A DNA stretch of 64,000 nucleotides, taken from Vicugna vicugna (Eukaryota). This document shows positions 49,133 through 61,830 of this stretch, piece by piece. The stretch is taken from assembly GCA_013265495.1 (NCBI GenBank), contig MU058687.1:1488001-1552000 (forward strand), given 5' to 3'. The notes below the pieces were generated by a model. It did no database searches. It saw only the letters and a program-made list of their open reading frames with translations, and was not told the origin of the DNA. Position 1 is the first letter of the stretch, and each line of letters opens with the position of its first letter. The translations under genes were made by a program, and so were the position numbers.

Positions 49133-49595
49133 GATCAAACCACAACACAAATAGAAGGTTTTGTTTTTCCATTATTTCCTTGGCAAACTCAAGAAATTAA
49201 AACAAAATCTGAAATTACAATGGCGTTGCAGCATATGCTCTTTGACTTAACGCAAATTTAATTGGATGCCTTGAGCGAGAGAAAGACGATTCAATATGAT
49301 TTGTTTAGCTAGCCCTTTCAGTTAGTAAGACGTGTGCTTGGTGGTGAGGATGCCCCGGGGTGAGGGCACCTTGGGGAGTGTTGCTCTGTACAACTTCAGT
49401 GAGTCCTGGTCCCTGCTCCCTGCATATTAGGCCACTGAAGACACGTTCAAGGTTAATTCAGACTTTACATTTTCTTGTTACATCCTGACTTTTCAACCCA
49501 CCTCCTGTGTAAAATGGAACTTCACTGCACATTTAAGAGCAGCTTTAAAGCAAAGGGTTAGACTTTTAAAAGACAGGAACCCAGTTCTCACAGGT

Positions 49596-50085
49596 ATATA
49601 GGCTTTCTATTGCCTCTATAACAAAGTACCATAGATTTAACGGCTTAAAACAACACAAATTTTAATATCTTAGAGTCCTGGAAGGCAGAAGTCCAAAATG
49701 GGTCTTTTCGGGTTAAAATCAAGTTGCCAGCAGGCCAGCGTTCTTTTTGCAGGCTCTAGGGGAGAATCTGTTTTCTGGCCTTTTCCAGTTTGTGGAGGCT
49801 ACCCACATTTCTTGCTCGTGGCCCCTTTCATTTTCAAAGTGAGCACTGGCTGGTGCGTCTTTCTCCTGTCACATCTCTCTCGCATTGACTCTTCTGCCTT
49901 CTCCCTTCCATCTTTTAAGGACCTTGGGATTCTATTGAGCCCACTTGGATAGTGCAGGATCCTCTTATCTAAGTTCAACCAATTAGCAGCTTTAATTCGA
50001 TCTGCAAACTTAACTCCCCCTTGCCATGTGACATAACATAAACAGGGGTTCCATCTTTGGAAGGCCATTTTTTCCACCTACCACA
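49596..50085 (-). mobile_element. MLT1D-like MaLR LTR
   Basis: ggcttaaaacaacacaaa...gaagtccaaaatgggtc...ggctctaggggagaatctgtttt; ends cctaccaca. Confidence 0.85.
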
Positions 50086-50689
50086 ATAGAAATTTAAGGG
50101 TTGGAGACTCTTAATGGCAGCCGTCCTCGCTCCCTGGCGAGATAGACTGCTTTCCGTGTAAGTGCCGTGAGGATGGAGTCTCTACACAGGCATCCCCAGT
50201 GCTTGGCACATAGCGGATGGTCAACCCACACAACCCACACAGTGAACAGACACACACACAAACCCACAGATATACTCAGATATGTGATACTATATAAGCA
50301 GAGACAAACAACAGTTAACATATACAACACACAGATACATAGACACACATTTACAAAACATGACTAAACATAAAGCAGTGAGGTTGGTGCCAATCTTCTT
50401 CCTTTATATGACATTTCTGGATTTTGAAATGAACTCGTTCTCCATACTGGCAAATTGTGTTCCTTTGGTAACAGCTAAATTATGGTTAATGATGAGATTA
50501 CTTAAGCTGGGCATACTGTTTTGGCTTAAAAACTAAATGTTGTAAGAAACTGAATTTCTTGTTTAGCTCCTAAACTGGCTCTGTGGGTGATTCCTAAAGA
50601 AATGACTCCTAATGGTTTGGACCATTTGCAGTGAAGTTATTCTTAAGCATCAGCCTCTGCCACTCTGAAGGACAGTTCTCAGACTGGGC

Positions 50690-51173
50690 ACCTATTGTGC
50701 CCCATTTTAAAGCATCTGACTACACCTCTAACAGGGGACCAGTTTGGGGCAGGTGTGAGCATCTTCACACAGGTGCAATTTGATGGTTCCTCCCACTTTC
50801 CCCCTGGAGACAGCCATGGCCACCCCCTTGGTGCACACACATATGCACCTTGGGAATTTCAAGGGAGTCAATGCCTGTAGGGTCTCCTTTGATTAACTGG
50901 GGGAAGGGAAGAAGGATAGATGCTTCCCCCTTTCATCCTCCAAGTGGAGAGTTCTGAGGTGACTTTCCTAAGTTTCCTCAAAATCTCTTGCAGGAATAAG
51001 CAACACCTGTAGGAGTGACCTGTGGAGGTGGCCCAACTCAGCAGTGCATCCTGCATTGGTTTTCTTTCTCCATGTTTCACTCTTCTGCTCCTTGGCCTCA
51101 TCTCCGAAATAAACCACCTGAGCACAAGTGTTTGTCTCAGACTCTGCCACAAGGGGAACCAAGGGGAAAACCA
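50690..51173 (+). mobile_element. LTR16-type ERV-L 5' LTR (5' boundary approximate)
   Basis: 3' end ccgaaataaaccacctg...tgtctcagactctgc...ggggaacca resembles LTR16, followed by the PBS-like gttagtatcagaagt. Confidence 0.65.
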
Positions 51174-53900
51174 GTTAGTATCAGAAGTTGAGCTAGAAAC
51201 CAGCCCCTCAGGATAGGGTATTTAGAGCTGAGTCTACTTGCCAGGAAGGTGGCAGTGACGGTGGGCGGGGTGCAGATAATCCCTGACTAACTGTATCGTC
51301 AAAGTGACTCATTCCCTCCTGAGAGGAGTGAGAGGTGATACAGGTGGGAAGTGAAGTGCTATCTGTGGCACCTGAATGGTGAGGGGACAAGTTATAAAGC
51401 TGGAGTTGGTCGCCCTTTGTTAACTATTTTGGCAGCCTTGGAAAAAGAAAATGCAAACCTTAGTTCAGGCCACTATAAACTCATGATGTGCTGTGGAAAC
51501 CAGAATGTACCTCTGGGAGAATTTAAGGAGACACTGTGCTGAGAATCAGACCCAGAATCTAACTGTAATGATGACAGACCCATTGTGGGGAATCACTGTC
51601 CTCTCTTGATAAATTTTCTGTATCAAAGTCAGGATGCTAAAAGGGAAAAATGTAGGATCTTGAGACCTCAAATGGGACATCTGGGTAAATGAGACTCAAA
51701 CCCCTAGAATCCTGTGAGCCCTCTGGACTGGCAGAAGCAGGCCCCTGATCCTTAAAAGCAGCCTCCCTTTGCTTGGAGACCATGCCAAGACTGCACTCAG
51801 AGCAGAAATCCTGCAGCGCGATGTTTATCTTCAACATCCACCTCTGCACACTCATTACTGCCAAGCAGATAATCAGGGTCACATCTCAGTTCAGCCCAAG
51901 TAGGGAAATACAGTCCCTGCTCCAGAAGGAAGTTGCTTATTTGTTAAAGGAACTGCAGGACCTGGCTGATCTTGTTAGCAGGTACCAGTGGAAGACATAA
52001 GAATGATTGAGTCTTGAGGGTATTGGACCAAAGGGGCCCAGAAAATGTCTGGAAAGGGGATAATTTTTTCACACGGGAACACTCATCTGGGACTTCAGGG
52101 TCAATGCCATGGCATTGCCATTTGGATCATATCTTGACACATGGCCGTTATTGCTTCTCGAGGCTTCACACAATATGAACCTGTAGTGAATGAGGCGGAG
52201 ATGTTGGCACTGCCTTGGCAGAGATTAGGAAGGGTCAGAAGGTCCAGGGAGAAGGCCATGGTCAGATGATTTGTCCCGTGAGAATGGAGGCTCCATCACC
52301 CGACCCTGCTCCTCAGGATGGACAGAGGAGTGTCACTAAGACACTGACGAGGTACTACAGAGGTGCCGCTAGCATCTTGCATAAGCCCTGAACTGGCCAC
52401 CTCCACAGGCCTGGTTGGACAGCAGGAGATGCTGCCGTAGAACTGGGAGTCCCTAGGGTCAGTGGGGATTATGGAATTCCAGAAGGTAGAGGCCAGATGA
52501 AGGCAATTAACTGGCATCATGAACAGCAAGGCCCCACCACACACTTTCCAGATCTAAATCAGTTCACAGACTCAGAGCCCACTGACTGAAGGATAGGTTG
52601 GGTCCCCTTGAGAAAAAACCCCGTATTACCATCACACATATTCAATAAACTTTTCCCTGATCCTTCCCTAAAGAGTAATTATATAGTGGGAAAAGGGAAT
52701 TCTCACATCTTTTGAGGACCATTGGATCCTTACATCCTCATTAAAACTAAGAGCATGAGATGACACGGATACCAGGGCCCCTGCTCTCAGGCTCTTCTGG
52801 CTGGAGATGGGTTTATGGTGGCCAGGAGATAAAAAAATGTTCTGCCTCAAGTCTGCCTCTAGTGGGTCCAATGGGCCCACAGACCCTCCCTGTAGCTCTT
52901 TCCCCAGCCCCTGATTGAAAAGAGGGTTTTGGTAGGAAAAGCTGAGTGGAAGTGCTTGAAACTAGACCACCCCCAGCTGAGACAGTAAATCAGAAATAAT
53001 GCTACATCCTAGGAGGGATTGCAGAGAACAGCGCCTCCAGCAGAGACAAAAGATGCAAGATGGTGGCGGCGGTCTCTATCACAGCCCCGTTGGACTCACT
53101 CATTTGACCTCTGTGAACTTCAGGTGGATGGTAGTGAATGATGGTGGACTAGTATAAACCTAACCAAGTGGTACTGCCTCACACAGATGCCACGCGTGAT
53201 GTGTCACCATTATTAGAATAGATCATGCAGCCTCTGGCATTTGGTAAGCAGCTATTAATGGTAAATGCATTCTACTCTATTCCCATCAGTAAGGAAAATA
53301 GAAACCAGCTCACATCTACAGGAGACAGTGCTCATTTACTATCCAGCCCAAGGGCTATATTAACCCTCTTGCCACCCCATTAGAGTATAATCCACAGGCC
53401 CTTGATCCCCTTACCATTCCAAAGAATCCAACTGTTGCCATTATATTGTTGGTGTGGTGCTAGTAGGATCTGGAGAGCAGAAGCGGCCGATGCTCTGGAT
53501 GCCATAGTAAGGTGCATGAGCATGAGAAGATGGCAGAGAAACCCCATGAGGAGTCAAGGGCCTGCCACATGGATGGTGTTTCCAGTGGTCCTGTGGTCTG
53601 GGGCATTTGCAAGCAACCCTTCAGGACGACGGACAGGTACTTAATTACACCTTGCACCCACCACTGATAAAGATGCACAGGGCTTAGTGGACCTCTTTGG
53701 ATTTTGGTGGCAACATATGTACCTCACTTAGGACCACTGCTCTAATCCATGTCTCAGTGCCTTGGAAAGCTGCTCTGAGTGGGGCTGGGAGCAAGAAGGC
53801 ACTCCACAGCAGGACCAGACTGCAGCACCAACTGCTCTGCCACTTGTCCTGCACCACCGTACACACGGCCACCACGTCACCCGGCAGATCCAGCGAGGCT
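51174..53900 (+). mobile_element. Decayed ERV-L (HERV16/ERV3-16A3-like) internal region with gag/pol remnants
   Basis: About 53125-53400 translates with stops and frameshifts to MMVD*YKPNQVV...DVSPLLE*I...NAFYSIPI...PKGYINP, resembling ERV-L RT (MTVDYRKLNQVV...DVVSLLEQI...NAFFSIPV...PQGYINSP). Confidence 0.75.
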
Positions 53901-56574
53901 AAGAGATACCAGGGTCTGCAAGATGCAGGCTATTTTGAATGCACAACTCTAGCTAAATTAAAATACCACTTAATACATTATCTTCCACGGAAATATCTTC
54001 TTGGAAATGTATCCAAGAGGACCATCTTCCCCTGACCTGAGTGAACATCCAGCAGGCCTGGAACTTTTTTGCTGCCTTTCAGGTAAGAGACAGTCCTGTG
54101 CTGTTTCAAGTCTCAACTTGTTAATTAGAAGATCTAGTTTAAGAAAAAAATCAAACCCCCAAACTTCGTATGCTCAAACCATTTCTTCTCACCAACACAG
54201 GCGTCTTCAGGCTGACAGCCTGCAGCCGGGGAGGGAGAGCTGGTGGCTCTTCTCCGTTTCTCCCCTGGCCTGTCTCTCTTTTCCCTCCCTTCACCCTAAG
54301 CAGACTGGCTAGTTTCTGGCCCCTCAGGAATGGAGCAGGGGTGGGAGCAGAGGCCCGCTGGCCTAGAACTGTTAGGCTCCTAAGCTGGCTTTGGGTGTGC
54401 TGGTCCTGGCACACGTTTAAAGCTGATCCTTTCATCGGTTCTTTTGTGGGTTCTTCTGATTTTCTGTCTGCAGGGATCTCTCCTGCGTGTCCCTCCACCT
54501 GGGCACATATATCCTCAGGAAGCACTTTCCAGAAGCCCAGGAGACTGTCTCCTGCATCCAGCTTCTTGCTGGTACATCCTAGGGTCTTCTTGATGGGCTT
54601 ATCAGACAGACCCAGGCCAGCCCAGGCCAGCCCACACCGACCTTAGGAAACTCTCAGTCATCCCCTGCTCAGAGACGCTGGGGCGCATAGCCCCCGACCA
54701 GCAGAACCGAGTCTTCAAGGGCCCCATGGCAGCCCCCTCCTCACTTGGCTTGAGGGAAAGGAGGCAGCAGCCCCTCCCTCTGGCCTGGTGGAGAATGAAG
54801 ACACAAGAGTTTTCTCCAAAAAAAAAATGGCTCTACAAATTCTATTCCCATCTCTCCATGCCTGGAGCCCCCTTTTATATTTGCAAATCGGATAAGGTCC
54901 AGTCATCTTGAAACTGGTTCCTTAAAATGTGTAAAGTCTGCCCTTGGTGAGGTGGCCTTACATTTCTTGTGCTTTGGTGTCTCAGTTGAAACTTTAATTT
55001 TAATATTCTGATACATTGCTTTCTGAGCTAAAGGATAGATAATGATGAAAAAGTTCCACAGACTCCTGATTACGTTGCCGTAAAAAAGAAATTGCGGCAC
55101 AATTGCAACAGATATTATGACTTCACAATGAACTAAAGGGCAGATACCACTTTTTATTGAGCATCTACCATTTGCTGGGTTCTTGTTATAATTTTAAATC
55201 CCATTTTAATGATGAGGAAACTGAGGCCGTTAGCACCACTGGATTCAATTCAAGCAACATTTTAGTGAGCCAGGCTGGAAGACAAACATGGACCTGTCGA
55301 AATCCCTGCCTTTAGGGAGGTCGCAGGCCTTTGGGGAGGTGGAGCGGGGAGAGTCTAGGATTCTGCCCTGGGTCAGGTGACTCTCGGGCCTGTGCTCTTC
55401 CTTTTGAGGGGAAATAAGACCCCATTTTTGCTGAGCATACACTTTGGTTGGTGACCATCTTATCACTTTGTTCCCCGCCAAATAGTACTCATGTCCATGT
55501 TTTAATTTTTGACAGCAGTCCTGCCCCTCTGATCCGTGATTGTCAGCCAACAAGGCAGGAGCCCTTTCTTCTCAGCCATCTCATAGGAGACTTGCCTCTC
55601 TTAGGGGACCAAGAGCTGCCCAGCAGTGGTGGCTGTGTCCTCAGGGATGCTGTTCCAATTGGTGCCCACTCCAGGCCCTCAGTGCCGGCTTCTCCTGTCG
55701 TTTCTGCAGGAGTATACCGCTGACGCACGCGCCGTAGGCCTCACCGCCAACTCAAGCTCCCCAAAGGCCCCAACTCCTTCCCTTCCAGCCCCATTTACTG
55801 TGGTATTTATAGTCCAAATGTGAAGGTTATTATTAGTCTCATTCCCTGCCTTTCTTTGCTTGAAATAAAGACTCAATCCACCCTTCTCTTCGATTTGCAT
55901 AACAGCGCCTGGGGAGGAACCTCGTCCAGGCCCAGGGACCAGTGCCTCTGAACTCTGTTTTATTCACAGTTTCTGAAAAAGCTCTGTTCCTCTTTGAAGG
56001 CACAGGGGAGACCAGGAGAGACTTCCCTCAGCTGCTTTCCCCTCAAGTCGCCGAACCTCTGCATTGCTAAAGCAGTTCCCAGCCCAGCTCTAGAGAGCCC
56101 GTCCCCCCATTAGAAAGGTAGGGAAGGGGCGTCCAAGGTCGCCTCTGTGGGTCGTGAAGTAAGCTCAAGGGAAACATTCAGTTTCTCAGGGAGCTGGTTT
56201 CTGGGGCGTGGTCAGGTACCCCCGACTCTGTGTCAGGCAGATGGAGGCACAGGCAGCCCCTCACTGGGCTCCCCATCAAGGAGCAGATAACCCACAGGGG
56301 TCCCCTGGAGTCTGGTTTCTACCCCACCCACCTACCAGACTGCAGTTCTTTAATTAGGCCTTGCCAAAAACATGGGGGGGGGGGAGGTTCTTTAATCATA
56401 AACTACAGATAAACAATGAATGGGATTTACTAAAATAGTTACAGAAGTACAAAAACTGTTTATAACACACACGTGTGGATTCCTCCACACTAGGAATCAG
56501 TACTAGTTGTCTAGCCAGGTAAGGGAGGCTAAACTAAATCATTTCTTCTCACCTTCATCTTCTTTTGTTGTTGT

Positions 56575-57155
56575 TGTTTGTTTGTTGTTTTTTTTTTTGA
56601 TTTTTAAATTTTTTTTCGATTTACAGTGTTGTATTAGTCTCTGGCTTACAGCATAGTGATTCAGTCATACATATATATATATACTGTGGGGCCAACTGAC
56701 ATCCTTCAAAGTCTAATGACCCCATTCCTGGGCTCTCAGATGCCTGCCTGCGATCCCTCAAAAGATAAAGTACATTCCTTACTGGGCATGTTTGTCCTAA
56801 CAAACTAATAGCCCTAGGAAATGCCTCATCTCACAGTAGCTCAGCCTGGCTTATTTCAGCCCACTTTATCAGAGTCATAACCCCACTCCCCTTCACAAGC
56901 CAACCCTAAACTTCTTACCTCACCTACAGCCAGGCAGAGAATTATATGTGCACGCAGCCCCCAACCCAGTGTGTTCACCAACCCGTTACCCATAGAAGAC
57001 CTCAACCCCTGACCCTCGGTGCTCACACAGGCACCTCTCGTCTGTGGCCCGCTGCTGTCTGCGGCAGTGTAAACTAATAAACTTTTCCTTCCACCTTGCT
57101 TTGTTTCTGGTAAATTCTTTTACCGCCCACCCATAGGCCCACAGTGTTCCCCAAC

Positions 57156-57195
<40 letters not shown>

Positions 57196-57230
57196 TTATT
57201 TATTTATTTCATTTTCATATTCTTTTACCT
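56575..57230 (-). mobile_element. Short L1 3' end, split by an LTR inside its (TA)n
   Basis: T-rich tail, then gatttacagtgttgtattagtctctggcttacagcatagtgattcagtcataca(ta)n; resumes after 57156 as (ta)n...tttcatattctttt. Confidence 0.7.
56685..57156 (+). mobile_element. Solo ERV LTR (472 bp)
   Basis: Starts TGTGGGG and ends CCCCAACA (imperfect terminal inverted repeat); AATAAA at 57076-57081; no clear TSD. Confidence 0.7.
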
Positions 57231-57287
57231 TTGTCTTTTTTATTTAAACATTTACTTGAAAAACACAAAAATGAAACCTGGCCTATT

Positions 57288-58425
57288 ATTAAGAGAATGA
57301 AAAGATAAGCCACAGACTTGGAGAAAATACTTGCAAAACACATATCTGATAAAAAAAATTTTATATTCAAAATATACAAAGAATTCTTAAAACTCAACAA
57401 TAAGTGAACAAACAACTCAGTTAAAAATTGGGCAAAAGATCTGAACTGACACTTCCTCAAAGAAGATATACAGATGGCAAATAAGCCATATGATAAGATG
57501 CTCCGCATCCTGTGTCACTAGGGAATCACAAAACAACAATGAGATATTGCCGTACACCTATTAGAATGGCCCAAGTGCAAAACAACGGCTACACCAAATC
57601 CTGGGGAGGATGTGGAATAACAGGAGCTCTCATTCAGTGCTGGCAGGAATGCAAAATTGTACAGCCTCTTTGAAGATGGTTTGGTGGTTTCTTACAAAGC
57701 TAAATGTACTCTCACCCTGCAATTCAACAATTGCCCTTCTTGACATTTACGCACATGAATTGAAAACTTATGTCCACCCAAAAGCTTATAAAGCAGCTTT
57801 ATTCACAATTGCCAAAAATGAAAGCAATCAAGATGTCCTTCAATGCATGAATGGGTCAACAAATTCTGGCACATCCAAAATATGGAATATTATTTAGCAA
57901 TAAAAAAGAAATGAGTTATCAATCCATGAAAAGTCATGGAGGAGCCTCAAATGCATATTACTGACTGAAAGGAGCCAGTGTGAGAAGGCTACATATATAT
58001 AGTTTCAGTTAGGTGACATTCTGCAGAAGGCAAAAGTACAGAGACAGTGAGAAGGTCAATGGTTACCAGGGGTTAAGGGAAGGAAGGAAAGATGAATAGG
58101 TGGAACCGGGGGATTACTAGGGTGGTGAAACTATTCTGTATGACATTGTAATGGTATATATATGACATTGTACATTTGTCAAAACCCAACATACTGTACA
58201 ACACACACAGTGAACCCTAATATAAACTATGCACTTTAGTTCATAATGATATATCAATATTGGTTCACCAGTTATAATAAATGTACCACACTAATACATG
58301 ATATTAATAATGGAGGGGACTCTAAAGGGAGGAAAGGGAGCACATGGAACTCTCTGTACTTTCTGCTCAATTTTTCTGTAAACCTAAAACTGCTCTAAAA
58401 ATGATCTATTAATTTTTTTAAAAAA
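57288..58425 (+). mobile_element. L1MC1-like LINE-1 3' fragment
   Basis: aagccacagacttggagaaaatacttgcaaaacacatatctgataa; ends ctgtaaacctaaaactgctctaaaaa. Confidence 0.9.
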
Positions 58426-59499
58426 TCTGTAATTCCATCTTTTTAAAAAATCACATAAACTAAGAAGTAGATATTCCAGCCTACATCATTCCCCACTCTA
58501 CACATTCCCAATAAAGCCAGCACTGTTTATAATTTGATGTGCATACTTCCTAAAAGCTATTCCAACATTTTTTCCTTGGTCCTACCCTAGAACATCCAGG
58601 ACTATATGATGACATGCCCGAGAACACTCAGTCAGGAAGTGATGGAATTGATTCAAAACCAGATTGGTTTCACTCCAAAGCTCGGGCCAAAGAGAATTCC
58701 CTTAGGGGATCAGTGGTGTCCCATCTATTCAGGTGAAGGAAGCAAGTGTTATAAATCCAGGCAGTGTGATGCCCCCTCCCTTCACCTGGGGAACACCTGT
58801 GTCTCATTTAAGACTCAATTCAAACACCACTACACTTTCAGTGGGGTTTTTTTGTTGCTGTTGTTTTTTAGGTTTGACGTTCACTTCTTAATGATCAAGG
58901 AGGTTGCAGAGTAAGGATGTTGATGCTTTTCTTTGGGAAGAGATGGTCACACCTGAAGACCAAGAAATGGTGTGGAGGCTCTGTGTCTGGAGAGAACAGG
59001 CAAGCCCATGGCTGCTGCCTGGATTCTCACCATTATGGTGCCTCCGTCTGGAGTAAAAGGATAATGTGCTAGCATGGAACCAGGAAGTGGTAACTCCTTA
59101 AACTTTGTCACTCCTTCACACCTTCAGTGTGACTCATTTTGATGAAATTCAACGAACTCTGAGCACCTGCTTCTTAGCTAGAGTCTTTTTTAGCTAGAAA
59201 GCTCCACAACTGCCCTCCCCCCAAGATTCAGGAAGCTTACACCTAGACTGTGAGGAGACCCAGCAGAGTGACCAGTGGACCTCACATGGCACTGGTCTGG
59301 CCCCAGCCATCCCTCAACATGCTAGTTCCCTCACCCCTGTGCTGGGTGCAATGGGGACTGGCCTTCAAGGGGCTCACAGGTGAGCAGGTAGAGAGACACT
59401 TGTACAAAAGACACACACATTTTTTTTCTTGTTGAGTACACAGGCACATATAAATATATATTTTGCTTGTTGAGTTTAAAAGTGGATCACCAATGTGTA

Positions 59500-59563
59500 T
59501 ATGGTATTCACTTTATTGCAGTGGTCTGGAACTGAACCCACAATATCTCTGAGGTATGCCAGT
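59500..59563 (+). mobile_element. Tigger1-like terminal fragment
   Basis: actttattgcagtggtctggaactgaacccacaatatctctgaggtatgccagta. Confidence 0.75.
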
Positions 59564-59849
59564 ATACTGATTGATACCAGTTTCATGACTCCAGAATATA
59601 TGTAAATATACACTTGTGTGTGTGTGTGTGTGTGTATACACACCATGTATGTAAATCTACACCTATTTCTACATCTATCCAGAAGGCTATTTATTAAAAT
59701 ATCAACTAATGGTGGTTTTCTCTGAATGGTGGGATTATAATGGTTTGACTGACATGTTTCTATATTTTCCAATTTTTCTACCGTCACCATGCATTAGCTA
59801 CATGATCTGAAGAACAAGGCAAAGCCCATTCTCTTTTAAGTAATTTTTA

Positions 59850-60160
59850 CCCTCTTAAATTTGTTGAGGCTTGTTTTATGTCCTAGTATGTGGTCTATCC
59901 TAGAGAATGTTCCACGCACGATTGAAAAGAATGCGTATTCTGGTTTTTTTGGATGTAATGTCCTGAAAATATCCATTTAAGCCTAACTGTTTTATTGTGT
60001 CATTTAGGATCTCTGTTGCCTTATTGATTTTCTGTCTGGAAGATCTGTCCATTGATGTCAGTGGGGTGTAAATCTCTAACCATTATTATATTCCTGTCAA
60101 TTTCTCCCTTTATGTCTGTTTGTATTTTTTTTTTAACATATTTAGGTGCTCCTATTATCT
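59850..60160 (-). mobile_element. L1 ORF2 internal fragment
   Basis: aatttgttgaggcttgttttatgtcctagtatgtggtctatcctagagaatgttcca. Confidence 0.8.
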
Positions 60161-60306
60161 TTTAAAAGCCTTGGGATTCCAAGTCTATGGGATGTTTCTT
60201 TGGTGACAGAGGAGGCCCTTTCTCATTTCTCCTCTTCCATCTCCCATCCTTTGAGGATGGTTCTAAGAACCTCAAATGGGCCTCTGCCTTCTCTGATCAA
60301 TGTCTT

Positions 60307-60325
60307 TGCCGCCCCCTTGTGGTCA
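60307..60325 (-). promoter_or_regulatory. Candidate CTCF site
   Basis: Reverse complement TGACCACAAGGGGGCGGCA closely fits the CTCF core CCASYAGRKGGCRS. Confidence 0.5.
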
Positions 60326-60874
60326 TTTGAGACCTCAGCAAGTCCAACGTTTAACCTCTCTTAGTGTGCTGTTGCTTCTTCTTTAGGTTTGTCTTCTTAA
60401 ATTCCGTTTCTTAGAACTGTCCCCCCACCCCCACCCTGGGTTGAACATTCTTTTAAACTGAATGAGATTTGCTCCAATGTAAACTTTTTTTAAAGCTTTT
60501 GTGAAAATATCATTCTTGTAAAAATCAAACCAAAGCCCCTCAGCCTTGATTGCACAGCCAGAGGGCTTAAGTTTCATCACTGGAAGGGCTCTGGGGTGTG
60601 CTCACCTGCTGCGTTCTAACAGTTGATCAAAGTAGTATTTGGTTTTGGTCAGTATCTTTACTGCCAAAGCCACCTGCACACCTGCTGAAACACGAAAGGC
60701 TGGTGTTTCTCACGGTCCGAGAACACTCTGTACTCCCACAGAATCACAATAAGTAATAGCCGGTTCTAGGATCCCCAGCCCGGGCCGCTTTGAGATTGTG
60801 TGGCTTTAAGCAAATTGTGTTCTTCTCTGTTCATTCATCTGTAACAAGGGAATCATAACCATGCCTGCCTGGAT

Positions 60875-61330
60875 TTAAACCCCTGCTCTACCACTTATTA
60901 CTTGGACATGTTACTTAACAGCTCTGTGCCTCAATTTCCTCATCTGTAAAACTGGGGTAAAATAGTGCCTAATTCATAGAGTTGTGAGGATGGAATTAAT
61001 TAATACATACGAGTGATTAGAACAGTGCCTGGAACATAATCAGTTCTCAATAAATTTTTATTAATTTTGTTTCTGTTACCAGTTAACAAACATATTACTA
61101 GTTAAATGTCATTTTAAGGATGCATATAGTTAGGAGTAAGGGATTTATTATTCAATAAGCCTTTTATGTCTTAGAAACCATTCTAGGTTGTCACTGAAAT
61201 CTTTCAAGGAAGGTGTTATTATCTTCATTTTATAAATCAGGAAACTAAGATTCAGAGAGATTAAGTAATTCACTCAAGATCACACGGCTAGGAAATCTGG
61301 AGCCAGAGTTTAATCCCATTGGTTCAACTC
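60875..61330. mobile_element. Two MIRs in opposite orientation (+ about 60875-61060, - about 61170-61330)
   Basis: ctgtgcctcaatttcctcatctgtaaaactgggg and ggaaactaagattcagagagattaagtaattcactcaagatcacac. Confidence 0.75.
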
Positions 61331-61439
61331 TGGAGTTTCTGTTCTTTCCCATTTGTTAGATTGACTGCTACCTCTCGAGGTTAGCTTGTTTTCACTAATA
61401 TTTTTTTCTAGGATACATTACCCTCAACTCCAGCTTGGT

Positions 61440-61830
61440 TAAAGTTAGGATGATACCAGTTGCTGTACCAGATAAACCCCAAGTCTCCGTGGCTTTGTGT
61501 AATAGAACTGTTTGTCTCATGTGTGCAGTAACTCATGAGGGCATTTTCATTTGATGGCAACTCTTCCACATGGTGATTCAGGGACTCTGGTTCCTTCCAT
61601 CTCGTGATTCTGCTCTCCCCTGGGGTCCTCTGCATTTAGCTGATAAGTAAGCAAAGAACATGGACTAGCTCTGGAAGTGGCACTTATCAACTCTGTCCAT
61701 ATTCCAGTAACTTACAGCTCAGTCACATGGTCACTCTTAACCACAAGGGAGGCTGGGAAATGTAGTCTTGTTCTGTGTCCAGGAGGCAGAGGAAGCACAA
61801 CCTGCCAGCTGGTTTCTGCCATACTTGGCT
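61440..61830 (-). mobile_element. MLT1 (MaLR) LTR remnant
   Basis: ggtgattcagggac...ttccttccatct...agtcacatggtcactcttaaccacaagggaggctgggaaatgtagtct. Confidence 0.75.

Noticed and set aside
57610..57897. 95-aa ORF here and 69-aa ORF at 24963-25172 resembling hypothetical proteins
   Set aside because: Both are translations of degenerate L1 sequence.
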